From: Stegostoma tigrinum
Lineage: Eukaryota
Direction: 5' to 3'
DNA: 64,000 nt
Assembly (NCBI RefSeq): GCF_030684315.1
Contig: NC_081391.1
Span: 20,668,629 to 20,732,628, forward strand
Under the pieces are notes generated by a model that did not search any database, was not told where the DNA came from, and saw only the letters and a list, made by a program, of their open reading frames with translations. This document shows positions 43,811 through 59,978 of the stretch, piece by piece. Numbering within the stretch: position 1 is the stretch's first letter; every line of letters begins with the position of its first letter. Position numbers and translations under genes: made by a program.

Positions 43811-46124
43811 TTTCAGTCAGGGAATGGTATGTAACTGAAAGAGCCGAGCTTGTATTCCAATAAATACGAGGAGTTTCAGATTATTTGGACCATGCAAACA
43901 GGAGGAGGGTTTTCAACTCCTCAAGCATATTGCACCATTCAACTGGATCTTGGTTAGCTTGTCTTTAAAACCTGTGCAACCTACCATACTTCCATATTGT
44001 CTTTTCACATTGTTCTTAACAGATAGTCACCAATCTCAGTTTGAAGTAATCAATAGAGTCGATGTTCAATTCAGGTTTTCATACATTGATATTCTTTGTG
44101 TGGGAAGTGAGGAAACCGAGAATGCACATCTCTCTATTCCCTCAACGAGGCTATTTCTAAATCTGACCGTGACCCCAGGCCCAAGTACAGGTTCCTTTGA
44201 AAGATTGCCATAGCTTTGCTATTCAAAGTAGATTAGAGCCATTTGAGATCATGGGAGCTGCAGGTGCAAGAGAATCTGAGGTAACGAGTTGTAGAGCTGG
44301 ATGATCGCAGCAGGCCAAGCAGCACCAAAGGAGCAGGAAAGCTAACATTTTGGGTCCGGAACCTTCTTTAGAAATTCCTGAAGAAGAGACCAGACCTGAA
44401 GCCTTAGCTTTCATGTTCCACTGATGCTGCTTGGCCTGCTGTGTTCGTCGAGCTCCACACGGTGTTATCTCAGATCGCCATTAGCTCTCCTCCATCTCCA
44501 AACGATTTCTGAAGGTTTTCTCCACATGCCTCACTTTCTTACAGTTATGTCATGGACTCTTGTCTGCAATGGAAATTAATTGCTGTGGCTTTCCTCAAGT
44601 TGAAACTGATAGAATTCTCGAAATCAGATTTTCCCAATACATCTCAGTAAATTCAACCCTGCCGACACGATTTAGTACAATTCCTCGTGTATTCGCCCAC
44701 CTCTTGACGAATTGACACATCACTTGTCAGGTTCAGAAGAGGTCAGTGATGCAGATAATAATGACAACAGTTGACGACAAACATCACTCAGTCTAACGTG
44801 CTGTTCCTTCTGCAAATGTTGACTTTAAAATGAGAGGTATTCGTGAGACAAAATTTAACATTTGATACTTGGAGAGCCTTGGGATGTAACTTGAGCCTTT
44901 CTGCTTTTATTCATCCAACACATTGTATGGTCTTTGGACAGTGAGGGTGCAGGCAATAGTTCCCAACATGTGGCACCTTTCATGACAGGCATCTTAAAGT
45001 GATCAATTCTCGGTCGCATAAACGGGAGAAAACAAAACCTCATTTCACGATCTTGTGAGCAGTAGGATTTGGAACATAACCAGCCAGCTGTTTGAGCACT
45101 GAAACAAGACCATGTCTGATGTGGCCACAACTATAATACCATTGGTAATGAACCAGGAGAGGGCTTGCCAGAGCAGAGCTGAAATAGAGGGAATCATGAA
45201 TTCTGCAATGACCATCAGGGAGTTGGTGCTGTAACAGATGTGCTCCTGCTCTCAGCTCTCTCGGTGACCATTTAAGCCTCAAAACAACTTTAACAATGGC
45301 CTGTCATGACACACTTCCTGTTGTTAGTTACTAACAATCCTCATTAACAGCTATTCAGCCTCCTAGCCAGATCATTATCAACTCCTCTGTCTGTTCATCT
45401 GCTCTTCTGCGTCCTTGGGCTCTATCCTTTCTCCTATCCTTTGATCCCTACCCCATCCCCAGCCCTACCTTCTGCATATGAACTGACATTTTCCAAGCTC
45501 CCGTATATTCTGAGGAAGGGTCATTGGACCTGAAACGTTAGCTCTGATGCCTTCTCCACGGATGCTGACAGACCTGCTGCACTTTCCCAGAAACTTCTGT
45601 TTCCGTTGTTGATGGTGGGGAAGTGTTTGGAATGCACTGAATGTGGGGAATGATTGTGAAGCGTTAAGATCCGGAGGCTCTATTTATTTCATGAGCAAGA
45701 GCACGTCAGCCCACCAGGTGCATGGAGAACTGTAAGAAACACTTCCAATAATTTGGTGGAATTGAAGAGATATTGTTCCATTTCTGGTTCCAGTAAACAA
45801 TCAGCAGAACCCCACCAACTTGGGTCAAAATTTCACCTCTGCTCATGAAGAATCTCTCTCAGTAATGTTCGGAATCACTTTGACAGAGACTTTCAATTCC
45901 TCAACCTACCGGTGCAAAGAAAGGTTTCATTTTAAATGGGTGACCTGCTACTCTAAACTCTCCCAAGAGTGGCATCCTCCCCACGATCTGTCAACAGCTG
46001 CCAGTCAACTCCCTGTTGCTCAACAAGGATGAGCAGATGCAAGTTAGTCCCACACCTCATCAACATGAAGCCCAACCCCTCCCAAATTCATCTGGAAAAC
46101 CCTTATTTGAAGAACTTATGCAGT

Positions 46125-46305
46125 AGTGGCTTGGGTATGCTCAGGGTTCTCCTGCTCCCTCTTCGTCCAATGATGTGCACGCTAGCTGGATTGGCCATGA
46201 GAAATTGCCCAGTGTTCAAATCTTTGACAATTAGGTGAGATATAGGGGACAGGGTCAGCTCGGACTTGTTGGGCCAAGGGGCCTCTTCCTGCACTGTAGG
46301 GATTC
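46125..46305 (+). mobile_element. HE1-like SINE 3' body (elasmobranch)
   Basis: gatgtgcac...ggattggccatg..aaattgccc...ggacttgttgggccaagggg...cactgtagggattc resembles the shark HE1 SINE as I recall it. Paralog at about 61575-61750. Confidence 0.6.
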
Positions 46306-47081
46306 AGTGATTCTCGTTTCTTTGAGGCAAGGTGAATGAATACCATGAACCTACCTGGAGAACTGAAGCATACATTGCATTCTGTTACACACAGCAGCGT
46401 AATCGTTTTATCCCTGCACCGAATGGGAAACATTCTTGCTGATGAAGACAAATGAAAATAAAACAGAAGAAATTGATCTGACACTAGTTGAGAATAGTAT
46501 CAAGAATGCTTTACTTTCTGCTTAAAAGGGTAAAGACTACTTGACTTTCTGTAGAACGTCTGCAGGTAGAACTACAAGGCAGCTTGCCTTGCAATGTCAT
46601 TATCCTCAGTGTGTTTGATGGCAGGTGCTGAAGTAGCTTTCGTCTTACTGAAAGCAAGTCGAAGTTTTATCCCCTTCCTAATTGCATGCTGTAGCTCAGT
46701 AATGGTGTTTCCAAATGTCATATGTTAAGCAGTGTTGATACGGATCAGGATTGAGAGTACGTGACATTAAAATCAAAGAAGCCCCCCCCCGAAAGCAGCC
46801 AACTCTGAATTGGCAACTGTCACTCCACATCCCCCCACCTCCACAGCCCAAAACCCCATGCAGCTCAAGTGTAGCCTGGAGAGGTCACTAACACTGGATA
46901 ACATTGGAACGCAGTGAAGCATACCAATAACACATGACATTTTTCACAAGATCAGTTCATACAGTTAGCAATCTTTGGTCTCGATCATTCTACATGTAAT
47001 GAGCTATACAGAAGCAAGTCAGTTGGACTGAAATTTATTTCATTATCCAGTGAGAAAATTGGAAAATGGTTCCAAAGCTCA

Positions 47082-47163
47082 TCAGCTGAGTGAGAGCCTG
47101 TCAAACAGGTACCCTCCCATGAGATTGTCAGGGGCTCCCAGTCTCTTCAGGTTGGTGACGTGA
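47082..47163 (-). pseudogene. Ferritin exon-4 3' fragment (mirror of 10021-10102)
   Basis: [26 protein letters not shown] abutting the PLE at 47164. Confidence 0.88.
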
Positions 47164-48891
47164 TGGGCTGGTTGTGTGGTGCAGTGGGGGGAGGGGACGA
47201 ACTGGGCTGGTTTTGGGATGCAGTGGGGGAAGGGGAGATTTTGAAGCTGGTGAGGTCTAGCTATGCCTGCCTCTTTGTAGGTTACGTGGAACAGTCCCTC
47301 TTCCGCACCTACGCAGGCCCCAAACGCCACCTCTTCCTCCGTTACATTGATGACTGTATCGGCGCCGCCTCTTGCTCCCCAGAGGAGCTCGAACAGTTCA
47401 TCCACTTGACCTACACCTTCCACCCCAACCTTCAGTTCACCTGGGCCATCTGCCGCACATCCCTCACCTTCCTAGACCTCTCAGTCTCCATCTCAGGCAA
47501 CCAGCTTGTAACTGACGTCCGTTTCAAGCCCACCGACTCCCACAACTACCTAGAATACACCTCCTCCCACCTACCCTCCTGCAAAAATTCCATCCCCTAT
47601 TCCCAATTCCTCAGCCTCCGCCGCATCTGCTCCCACGATGAGGCATTCCACTCCCGCACATCCCAGATGTCCAAGTTCTTCAAGGACCGCAACTTTCCCC
47701 CCACAGTGGTCGAGAACGCCCTTGACTGCGTCTCCCATATTTCTTGCAACACATCCCTCACACCCCGCCCCTGCCACAACTGCCCAAAGAGGATCCCCCT
47801 TGTTCTCACATACCACCCCACCAACCTCCGGATACAACGCATCATCCTCCGACACTTCCGCCATCTACAATCCGACCCCACCGCCCAAGACAATTTTCCA
47901 TCCCCAACCCTGTCTGCTTTCCGGAGAGACCACGCTCTCCGTGACTCCCTTGTTCGCTCCACACTGCCCTCCAACCCCACCACACCCGGCACCTTCCCCT
48001 GCAACCGCAGGAAATGCTACACTTGCCCCCACACCTCCTCCCTCACCCCTATCCCAGGCCGCAAGATGACTTTTCACATTAAGCAGAGGTTCACCTGCAC
48101 ATCTGCCAATGTGGTATACTGCATCCACTGTACCCGGTGTGGCATCCTCTACATTGGGGAAACCAAGCGGAGGCTTGGGGACCGCTTTGCAGAACACCTC
48201 CGCTCGGTTCGCAATAAACAACTGCACCTCCCAGTCGCAAACCATTTCCACTCCCCCTCCTATTCTTTAGATGACATGTCCATCATGGACCTCTTGCAGT
48301 GCCACAATGATGCCACCCAAAGGTTGCAGGAACAGCAACTCATATTCCGCTTGGGAACCCTGCAGCCACATGGTATCAATGTGGACTTCACCAGCTTCAA
48401 AATCTCCCCTTCCCCCACTGCATCCCAAAACCAGCCCAGTTCGTCCCCTCCCCCCACTGCATCACACAACCAGCCCAGCTCTTCCCCTCCACCCACTGCA
48501 TCCCAAAACCAGTCCAACCTGTCTCTGCCTCCCTAACCTGTTCTTCCTCTCACCCATCCCTTCCTCCCACCCCAAGCCGCACCCCCATCTACCTACTAAC
48601 CTCATCCCACCTCCTTGACCTGTCTGTCTTCCCTGGACTGACCTATCCCCTCCCTACCTCCCCACCTATACTTTCCTCTCCACCTATCTTCTTTTCTCTC
48701 CATCTTCGGTCCACATCCCCCCTCTCTCCCTATTTATTCCACAACCCTCACCCCATCCCCCTCTCTGATGAAGGGTCTAGGTCCGAAACGTCAGCTTTTG
48801 TGCTCCTGAGATGCTGCTTGGCCTGCTGTGTTCATCCAGCCTCACATTTCATTATCTTGGATTCTGCAGCATCTGCAGTTCCCACTATCAC
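47164..48891 (+). mobile_element. Penelope-like retroelement (mirror of 8293-10020)
   Basis: ORF 47160..48536 with RT C-terminal half and GIY-YIG domain; nearly identical to the left-arm copy. Confidence 0.92.
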
Positions 48892-50873
48892 TGGGCATCA
48901 AGGGATCATTCTTTGTGTTTGCTTAGAAGGGTCCTTTACAAGGAAATGATGGATGACAGATTACATGGTGTTCATAAGCTTTCCACATGGATTGGCTTCT
49001 GTGAAATCACTTCATACCTTAGCTTCTACATCTACCTGTGAAATGATAGGCATTTCCCCCGGCCGTTGGCAGTACAACATGAACTCAAGCTGTGTCTCCC
49101 AAAACAGAGCATCTGAAGTCTGAATGTCAGCAGAACCCTCGCCATCATCATGAGAAATGCCAGAGAATGTTATTCTTCCCATGACTGCAGTACCCACAGC
49201 TAGAACAAGTTTTGCTTCCTGCTATTCCAGCTCAGTTAGCAGCTGATCTTGAAAATTAAAATAAAGATTGCCTTCCAGGACCTGACCCTGACAGACCGTC
49301 AGTGGTTTGTTAATCCTTGGTTGTGGATTTGCATTCACTCATTTTGGTTTTGAGGGAGACATTTTGATATTTCTGTTGGCGTCTCTCCTGTTTTGTTGGG
49401 CGTACAGCCCTTTGACCAACTGCATTGTAGGATGGGTTTTTTTGCTTGCAGAGGATAGCCATGTGGAAAAAAAGCATTTATATTAGAATGGTTTATGTCC
49501 CCCTCCTTGGATTGTTGAACTTTTTGAAGAGCATACATTGTTTGGTTCAACCACAAATATATTAGAATAAACGTTTTGATGCAATGAAAATACCTCTGTT
49601 GGACTACGATTCTTGTAGCGAGGCCAGTGCCTTCTCTATTTTGGGGCTGGACCGGCCTCCAACAGCAGCTCATTCCAGATTCACCACCCTGGGTGGAAGG
49701 TTGTCCCAAAATCCTCTTTAAGGCTCTCTCCTCTCTCACCTGTCAACTATTCCCTCAGCTTGCCCCAACCCTGGAATGTTAGTCTTCAGATATTTACTCT
49801 GCCCATGTACCCCCCTTCAGCCTCTGACAGTCCAAGGAGGTTCGCCACGGCTTACTGTGTCCTCGCACATCATTTTCCTGAACCTTGAGGTTTCAGAAAA
49901 ACACAAACACAGTGACTGCAGCGAGAGCAAGATGATCACTGACCTGAATGCCATATTCCCAAAGGGACCTCACAGCAGCCTGAGAGTTAGAACATGGCAA
50001 CCCTAAACCTGCACTGACAAATGAAGGGAAAACATCCCAAATGTTTCCCTCCACACCTCCAAAGGACCTGTTTAACGCTACCCTCAGCCTTCAGTTGTCA
50101 ATGCTCTCCAGGAAGAGAGCTAGAACTGAAATTTGAATAACCAGGAAAGTGTCAGATTTGCTCTCCCTCAGACATGCACTCAGCATGATGTGCTTGAAAA
50201 GCCCCTGGTGTTGGAGTGGTAGAGTGACTACCCCTTGTCAGGGAGGCATGGGTACAAGCTGCACCTGCTCCTTTTGATTGTAATACTGAACAGCTTGTAG
50301 AAACAAGCATTGAAAGCAAATTCCCACAAGCACAACCTTGAAAGTTATTCTGTTCACAGCGAGAAGTGCTTGGATTTATTGGTTATGCTTAAGTTACTGT
50401 AATTCCATCTTTCACAATAAACCCTTGTTTCTCCTGAGTTCTTCCAACCATCTGCTCAGTTGGAGCTTTTGCCAAGAAGGATAGGTCCATGAGCCATACC
50501 TGACCCTTCACTGTTCCTGGGACAGTGCTAATTCCTTCAAAGAATGTTGTGGGTTCTCACAGAATATCATAGAATGGCTCCAGGAAGCAGCTCACTGTCT
50601 CAAAGTCAACCTGGTCCAGGAAATTGACTGGTCTAGACAGACAGCGAAACCCACAGCCCAGTAGGGAGAGTGTTCCCATCAGCAACGGAACCAAAACAGG
50701 ATCAAGCTATAGCACAGCTCACAGCAAGGGTTAACCAAAGGGAGTCAAGACACAATCCTTGAGCAGTTTATTTACACTTGGTACAGGACAAGGAGCTGCT
50801 TCTACAAAAAGGAGAAGTCTTTACAGGTATCACATTCAGACACATGACAACAAGCTTGTTCCCTGCTGGCAGT

Positions 50874-53707
50874 TCAGTCACTGTCCCCCAAGGTGAGCCT
50901 GTCAAACAGGTACTCTCCCATGCCATTGTCAGGGGCTCCCAGTCTCTTCAGGTTGGTGATGTGATCTCCCAGCTTCTTGATCATCTTCACTTGCTCATCC
51001 AGGTAGTGCCTCTCCAGGAAGTCACACAGCTGACCAGAAAGAGGAGAGAATTTAAACAAGACCAGTTTCCCCCAACAGATTGACCTTTCAATCTGTGAAC
51101 TGGAACAATGGAGTTTGATACTGATGCAGTCCTCATGCAGAGGATTTGCGATCAGAACCACAAACCCCTTCCCCAATATTTTATTTAGCCCCGACCGGGA
51201 CTTCATTTAAAAACAGATGCAGGCTGTTTTGGATACAATGCACCTGGTCAGTGGGAATGTTATGTTGTGGGTCAACTACAGCCAAAAGAATTTAAGACAA
51301 TGAACAATTGTCTCTAATTTCTGACAAGTAACTGTTGCAATACAATAATCCCACACATACCCCTTGCCTGAAGTGGGAACATACAGACAGATTCTCACAT
51401 GCAGTTTCCTTAGAGGGAAAGCAAAGCTAGAGAATCAGCCAGGAAGCAGTGAAGCTTCCATTTCTTTGAGACAAATGCTTCTGATGTTGCTGTAAAATCA
51501 GAACCCCGAGATTTGGCCACACCAATGAGGCCTTGAAAAATCCCAAGGCCTGACAAGCCAGCTCAGTACTTCTGCCTTCCCTCTTTCAAATTGAAGGAAA
51601 TACCCTCCCAGAGTGGAGGTGTTGCGGCAGGATGAATTGCTGTACACGTGCAATTCAAGAGCCTAACAGCCCAAGAAAATGCTTTAGCCAGTGTCCTGTC
51701 AGTCAACATGCCTTAGTTACCAGATTAAAAACTGATCCTCAATGCAGTGGAATTCTACAGCTGAGGCTTTCAAAAAACCCACATTAGAAACTCACATGAG
51801 GGTCAGTGTGGCCAGAGGAGAGTTTGTGCAGATCCAGCAGACTCTGGTTCACATCCTTCTCCATGTGCAGAGCTCTCTGCATTGCCTCCAGACCATTGCC
51901 CCACTCATCCTGCTCTGGCTTCTGGAGGGAGAGAAGAGACAGATGCTTCACTCATGTGAAAAGTGAAGGGAAGTGCAATGCAGTGAGCTGCAACTAAACT
52001 AGAGAAGAGTGCGCACCATGTAACCTTTTGGTATTACCCCAGATTTCAAGCTTCATATCCATGTCTAGTTCAGGTAGGTGTAATGTAGGGGGATACACCA
52101 ACCTTGATGTCCTGCAGGAGAACTCGACCTCCACGTTTATTCTGGAAAGCCATCAGTTTCTCAGCGTGTTCCCGCTCCTCATGGGACTGCTCCTTGAAGA
52201 ACGCAGCAAAGTGATGCAGGGCAACATCATCCCGGTCAAAGTGGAAGGACTGTGGGAGAAGAGGAGAAAGTGATAGTGATAGAGTCCGGCAAGCTCCAGA
52301 TCGCATCCAGTCAAACTTCAGCAAGAGAGAGAGTTTTTTAATCCACCCCCCCCCCCCCCCCAGACTAGACAAAAAAAAAGAAAATATGCAAGTCCTGAAT
52401 GTCTAGACAATCTGGGTACACATTGGGCTGGGAATACAGTTCAGAACTAGAGATCATAGTTTAGAAATACAAGAGACAGTTCTTGACTGATGAGAGGCTT
52501 CATTTGGTTCTCCAACTCCAATTAGGAGTCTGTTGGCTTCTATCAGAAGTGGATACTATGAGGCAGTTATTGGTTAGCCACAGGACAAGTGCAGAATGCA
52601 AACAAAACAGCCACAATCTTTGTAAGGGCAGTGAGCACATCTACAGGGGATCATGTGACATCTGTCAACTCAACCAGCCAGAGGAGATGACTGCCCCCTA
52701 GACTCAAGGTCTTCTCCAAATGTGACCTCCATTTTAACACAGGTTGTTCCCACTTTGCCTATGAGACCCATGTGTGTGCAAGTAGGAGCTGAGTTGCAAC
52801 TTGGAAAAAAACTGTTCAATAGCCATTGCTTCCTCAGAATATCATGAGTAAAGTCAAGAGACCAACTTCCATTTTAACAGGGAACCCAGATTTATTTCAG
52901 GACTCAGCTGAAGGGATGTAATCAGGAGACCTTGTCACCAAAAGGGTGAAAGTAATGCCTTCCATCAGTTGGGAGAACATCCCCTGCCATTGGGATAATA
53001 ATGTAAGACATCATCATTGAAGGACCAAGTGTTAATGAAACACAGCAGGGTTATCCCCCTTCAGAAACAGGCAGGAGGACTCAGTGACTGCTTCATTTGA
53101 GAGTCAGCCACTTCACTTGAACTGAGATAGTGGGAACTGCAGATGCTGGAGAAGCCAAGATAATAAAGTGTGAAGCTAGATGAACGCAGCAGGCCAAGCA
53201 GCATAACTGCTGTGGAATAGAAATGGAACAGGTTCTTACAACATGAAAAATCATCCTCCAAGAATCCTTGGATTTTATCCCAATGTAAAACAATTAAGAA
53301 TAAAACCCAAGAAAGAGAATGCAAAGTAGCTAGTTCCTTACCAAGACAAACAAAAATTCCTTAATCAGTTAAGTGGAGAGGCATTTGGTAGAGGGAAGAA
53401 ACATTCAAAAGTCAACTTCAAAAGAAACTGTATCCACCCCAGATACAATGAAAAAGACAACAAGGAAACACATGGGACATGGACAGCACTAACATATGGC
53501 CCACCCCTAATTGCCTTTTCTTGTGTGGTGGGAGTGGGGTCAGTGGAGCGGGCAAAACGGTGACCTAAAGCAAGCAAGGAGAAAGAGTGAACGCTCAAGC
53601 CTCACCATAAAGAGGTAGACATAAGAGGAATAGAGCTCCAGGTTGATCTGCTTGTTAACAGCATCCTCACAGTCCTTGTGGTAGTTCTGGCAGACTTGGG
53701 AGGCCAT
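50874..53707 (-). CDS. Ferritin heavy-chain-like gene A' (mirror of A), 4 exons, 176 aa, apparently intact
   Basis: Exons 53707-53606, 52249-52103, 51921-51796, 51029-50874; GT-AG; ferroxidase motif QSHEEREH intact; ends LTLGDSD*. AATAAA at 50772-50767. Confidence 0.95.
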
Positions 53708-53769
53708 CTTCACTATTCCTGCTCACTGTTACCCAGACCAAACAAAAACTAAATCGCTCTACTACAAAC

Positions 53770-53890
53770 TTTTGTATTTATAACTCCTGGGAACATCCTG
53801 CACTCAACCAGTGAATGACATTACCACTGATTACTGACAATTCCTAACATCCAATCAGGAATGTCCCATCAATCTGGGCACCAATGAAAA
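53770..53890 (-). promoter_or_regulatory. Ferritin core promoter, gene A'
   Basis: TATAAATA at 53782-53775 plus CCAAT boxes. Confidence 0.7.
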
Positions 53891-56800
53891 GGGAAAGGTT
53901 ATTATGGGGACAATGCTGAGACAGAGACATAGGTTTGGCAAATTATTCTTGATGAAGCAAGTGCTTTTGGAGTGATAGTTTTTTCAATGCAGGCCAATCG
54001 AGCTGGTCGTTTGTAAATAGATATGTGGGGTGGCAGTGTCCATGCCTCTGGTTCTGAGGACACTGGTGTCAGGTGCCACTGCCTCCTGAACAGGTTGCTC
54101 AAAAAGTCTCTATTCTGGGACAGGGATGAAGTGATTTAAAAATGTTACCTTGAGTAAAGCAGATTTCCACCATCTGAACAAAGATGATTCTTTTGCCTCA
54201 AATGTTTCACCGATACCCCAAGTGTTTACAATTAGCTTCGTTCTAGAAGATTGAAAAGGGACCGGAGGGGCAGGTTTTTCATGCAGAGGGTGGTGCATGT
54301 TTGGAATGAACTGTCGGAGGACCTCGTAGAGACGTTTAAAAGCAATTTGGACAGGAACATGAATAGGAAGGGTGTAGAAGGTGTGACAAAACAACGGCTT
54401 GAAGAGGTGTATTTTGCCTTTAGTTTCAAATGGAGAAAGCTGGTGACAGAGGTGGAGAGCGCATCGCTCAAAGTCAAGAAAGTAACTTGTGTGGCATTGA
54501 GGCTTTTTATTGCTGTTCGAACATTCAAAGCGATCTGAGTCGAGTTGCTTGGGGGAGTGGGTAAGTGGGGAATTGTGGGAGGGGGTTTTGGTGATGGTGA
54601 AGGTGGTGAGTGTTTAGTTAAGCACCCACTGAAACAGGATTTTTAGTTTTAAATTTCAGCAGTGGCTGAGGTCTTCGAGCTGGCCACGGGATCTTTTATT
54701 CCTCTCTCTGTTTTAGCTACAATCTGGGACTCCGGCTGTTAGAATTGCATGTGAGTCAATCTGTTTCACTGAATCTGCCTTTGCCAAGGGTGTGTTTACA
54801 GGATGTCACTGTGTTGGAACAGTCAATTAATAATAGTTAATGTGTCTACTATTCTGTTCAGCAATTCGAGAGGTAAGCCAATACTTTCCATTTTGTTTCG
54901 TCTGTACTTCAACTGTACTATAAAAATAAAGCATGCTTTGTCTGAAGTTAATAGTTTGATCAATCAAATTGTATCTGGAACACAATGACTGTCACTTACA
55001 TTTGAAAATAAAAAATGACACTCTTAATGTCTTTGGAGGAGGTTTGGTCTGGCCCTCAACAAAAGATATGAGCCAAATGCAGGCCAATGTCGCTGGTTCA
55101 GTTTGAGGTACCTGGTTAGCATGGATGAGTTAGAGCAAACCGTCTGTTTCCATGTTGCTTCATACTGTAACTCTGAGCAGTTTGGTCCTGGAACAGGTGA
55201 TGAGATGTGTTCCTTTAGATTTAACGGGCCAGATGGGATTGACATCAGAATCCACCAATCATCTTCCACACACAGCCCTCTTGGGACAGACACTTTTCAT
55301 CCATTTGAACAGAAAATGTATCTGGTGATTGACAAATACCTTGGTCAGAATGGACCTGAGCTGCAGGGAATGACCCATGGTCACAAAGGGCTTTTTCTAA
55401 ACTAATGCACATCGCATGGTCATTCAATGGTCACCAGAGACTTTGATGAATGACTGTGGTGCCTGGCTCTGTGGGAATAGGTGGTGTTCCTGGCTTACTC
55501 CCTGGTTGTCTGTGTAACATCAACCACAGATAGCCACGTTCTTCTCAAGTTGATATCCAAATAAATACACTGCAGGAAGTTCATAATACAATGTTGAAGG
55601 ACACACTGACTGGTTAATCGCCTTATCTCATGTTTTTGTAGAGAACTCCTGAGCGGGTGCAAGGTTCCGAGCATGTGGGTAGAGAAAGCTTAAGAAATTG
55701 AGACACCTCTGTCAGTAATTTCTATCTGACATCGGCATCTCATTTATGTTTTATTTTGCAGAATGAAGTTCAATATCATCTGATCAGGAGATTCAACAAA
55801 ATAAATTGATTTGGCTCAAATTTATTTGATCTTTTATACGGTTGAAAACAAGACCATAATTCCTTGCTACTGTCATCAGTTGAAGAAGATTTTCGTTTTG
55901 CTAAAGTGTATTTGTTCTGCGAATGGTATCTACAAGATGTAAATATATTGGCAGTTTCTCACTGAAGCTATCCTTCTGTTGTTGGAATCGATCCTGCCTG
56001 ACACACTGTTCCAAGCTCATTTGGCATTGTTTCCTCCTTGGCCCTTCTTCGCACGGGGTTGTGACAATTTGGGCTTTGCTGGGCGATTGGACTTTGACAG
56101 ATTTGAACTCAATCTGCTCCCGTACAACACAACCTGGATGTATTTTGAAAGAATGGACTGTGCTTTGGTGGGTGAGATGAGCCACATCTGACTCAAGGAT
56201 TGGAATAATTGTTCCACAGTCAAGCACTGGCAGATGCTACTGGCTTGTCGTCATTGTTTTACAGTTGCTTCTTTTACCCAGCTGGCCATCAATTCTTTGT
56301 GTTTGTTCAAGAGGATCCTTTATGAGGAAACGATGGATGTACAGATAACACTGAGTTCAAACTTTTCCACATAGATTGGCTTCAGTGAATTCACTTTTCA
56401 TACCTTCCCTGCAACATCTCCCTTTGCACCGATCAAACACTTCCCCTGGCTATTGGCTGCATGACATGAACTCAAGCTATATCTCCCACAATTGGACATC
56501 TCAATGTCAGCACAACCCTTACCATCATCAGAAATGCCAGAGGATGTTATTCTTACAAATTCTGCAGGCCCCAGAGTGAGAAGGAGGTTAGCTCCCTGCC
56601 ATTCCTGCTCATGTAGAAGCTGAGCCTCTGAAATAAAATAAATTCCTACTTTTCAAGACCTGATCCTGACACAGTGGCAGTCGTCGACTGATAATTGTTT
56701 TTTTGTTGTTTTCCATCCTTTTGTTTGGAAGGGACTCTAAAACTTTCTGTTGGGATCTCTCCTGTTTTGTCATATGTCTAACAGAGCCCCTTAAGGTGGG

Positions 56801-58412
56801 CTTTCATTCCTGCAGGCGACAGGTAGATGGAAAATAGTGTTTCTTTTGTGAAGTTCCTGTTCCCCTCCTTTAGTCCTCAAACTTTATGAAGAAAATGTAA
56901 TGTTGGGGCTCAGCCACCAGCTTGTTAGAGTAAACCCTCAGATGCGCACTCCATTCCTCAGTTGGACGAATAGTCATTATGGAAACTCACTATTTAGTCC
57001 CATTCAACAGTGTCCACCAGATATACAAAACCAGTCTGGTCCCATTCATGAGTATTTGCCCATATTATTCTGAACACTTACTCTTCAGAGACACAGCCAA
57101 GTACCATCTCCTGTTGTTAACTGTACCAGCCTCCACCAGTTCCTCTCGCAGCTCATTCCAAATGCACCACACCCTACAGGGCAGCTGCCCCAGGAACCCT
57201 TTTTAATCTTGCCTCTCACTTTTCATCTATGCTCTCTTCAAGCCTGGGAAGAAAGGCCTTGACTATTTATTCCATCCACGTCCCTCGATATTACAAATCG
57301 AATGTCTCCTCTTGGCTTCTGGCACTCAAATGAGGCTAGAGCCAGTTTACTCAGCCTCTTTGCTGATGTTTTTCCTGAATCTTTAGCTTTTAGGATATCT
57401 TTAGGAGGAAACCCAGCAATAAATGCAGTATTCCTAAAGTAACCTCACCACTGCCCGATTCAGCTGTAGGGTGACATTCTAAATACTGTACCCCATGCCC
57501 TGACAATGCAGGGAAGCATCCCAAATATTTTCTTTCCCACCTTCAAGGAACTTAATACCTGCACCCTAGGCCTTTATTTGAAAGTGCTCCCCAGGAGTCT
57601 AACAAGGACTGATAAACTTGACAAGTCAAGAAATTTACATCTCACTCTGATTTGAGAGTTGGACTCACCCCATATGCACACTTAGCATGTATTATTTGCT
57701 TAACTCTAGCTGGTGCAATGGCAGCATCCCTACCCCTCGTCTTGGAGGGGTGGTTTCAAGTCCCAACCACTCCATTAGAGTGTAATACTAAACAGCTTGA
57801 TGAAGCCAACTAAAGTAGCATTGAAAGCAAAATTCCATAGGCACAACCTGAAGTTTATTCTTTCCATACCCACAAGTGTCTTGAATTGTGGGCTGTGCTT
57901 AACTTACTGGAATACCAGTTTTCCCAATAACAACCCCCCCACTCGCCCCACCAACGTTTCCCTGATGGCTTAGAACCTTCTGCTCAGTTGGCCCTTTTGC
58001 CAAGAAGGGTAGGTCCATGAGCCATTCCTCACACTTCACTGTTCCTGAATCAGTTCTAATTCCTTCCTACAGAGGATATGGTGGGTCAACCACTACAGGA
58101 TGCAGGAAGGCTCAGGGCAGCAGCTCCCCCTGTCCAAGGTAACTCGCTGCAGACTATTGTCTGGTCCACATAGTGAAACCCACAGCCCATTGGGAAACGA
58201 GTTCCCATCAGCAGCAGCAGAACCAAACAGGAACTAAGTACAGAACAATTCACAGCAAAGATTAAAATGAGAAAGGGAGGCAAGACATGGTCCACTATTG
58301 AGCAATTTATTTACACTTTGTACAGAGCAATGAGCTGCTTCTACAAAAAGGATAAGTCTCTACAGGTCTCCCATTCAGACACATGACAACAAGCTCACTC
58401 CCTGCAGGCAGT

Positions 58413-59976
<1,564 letters not shown>

Positions 59977-59978
59977 TA

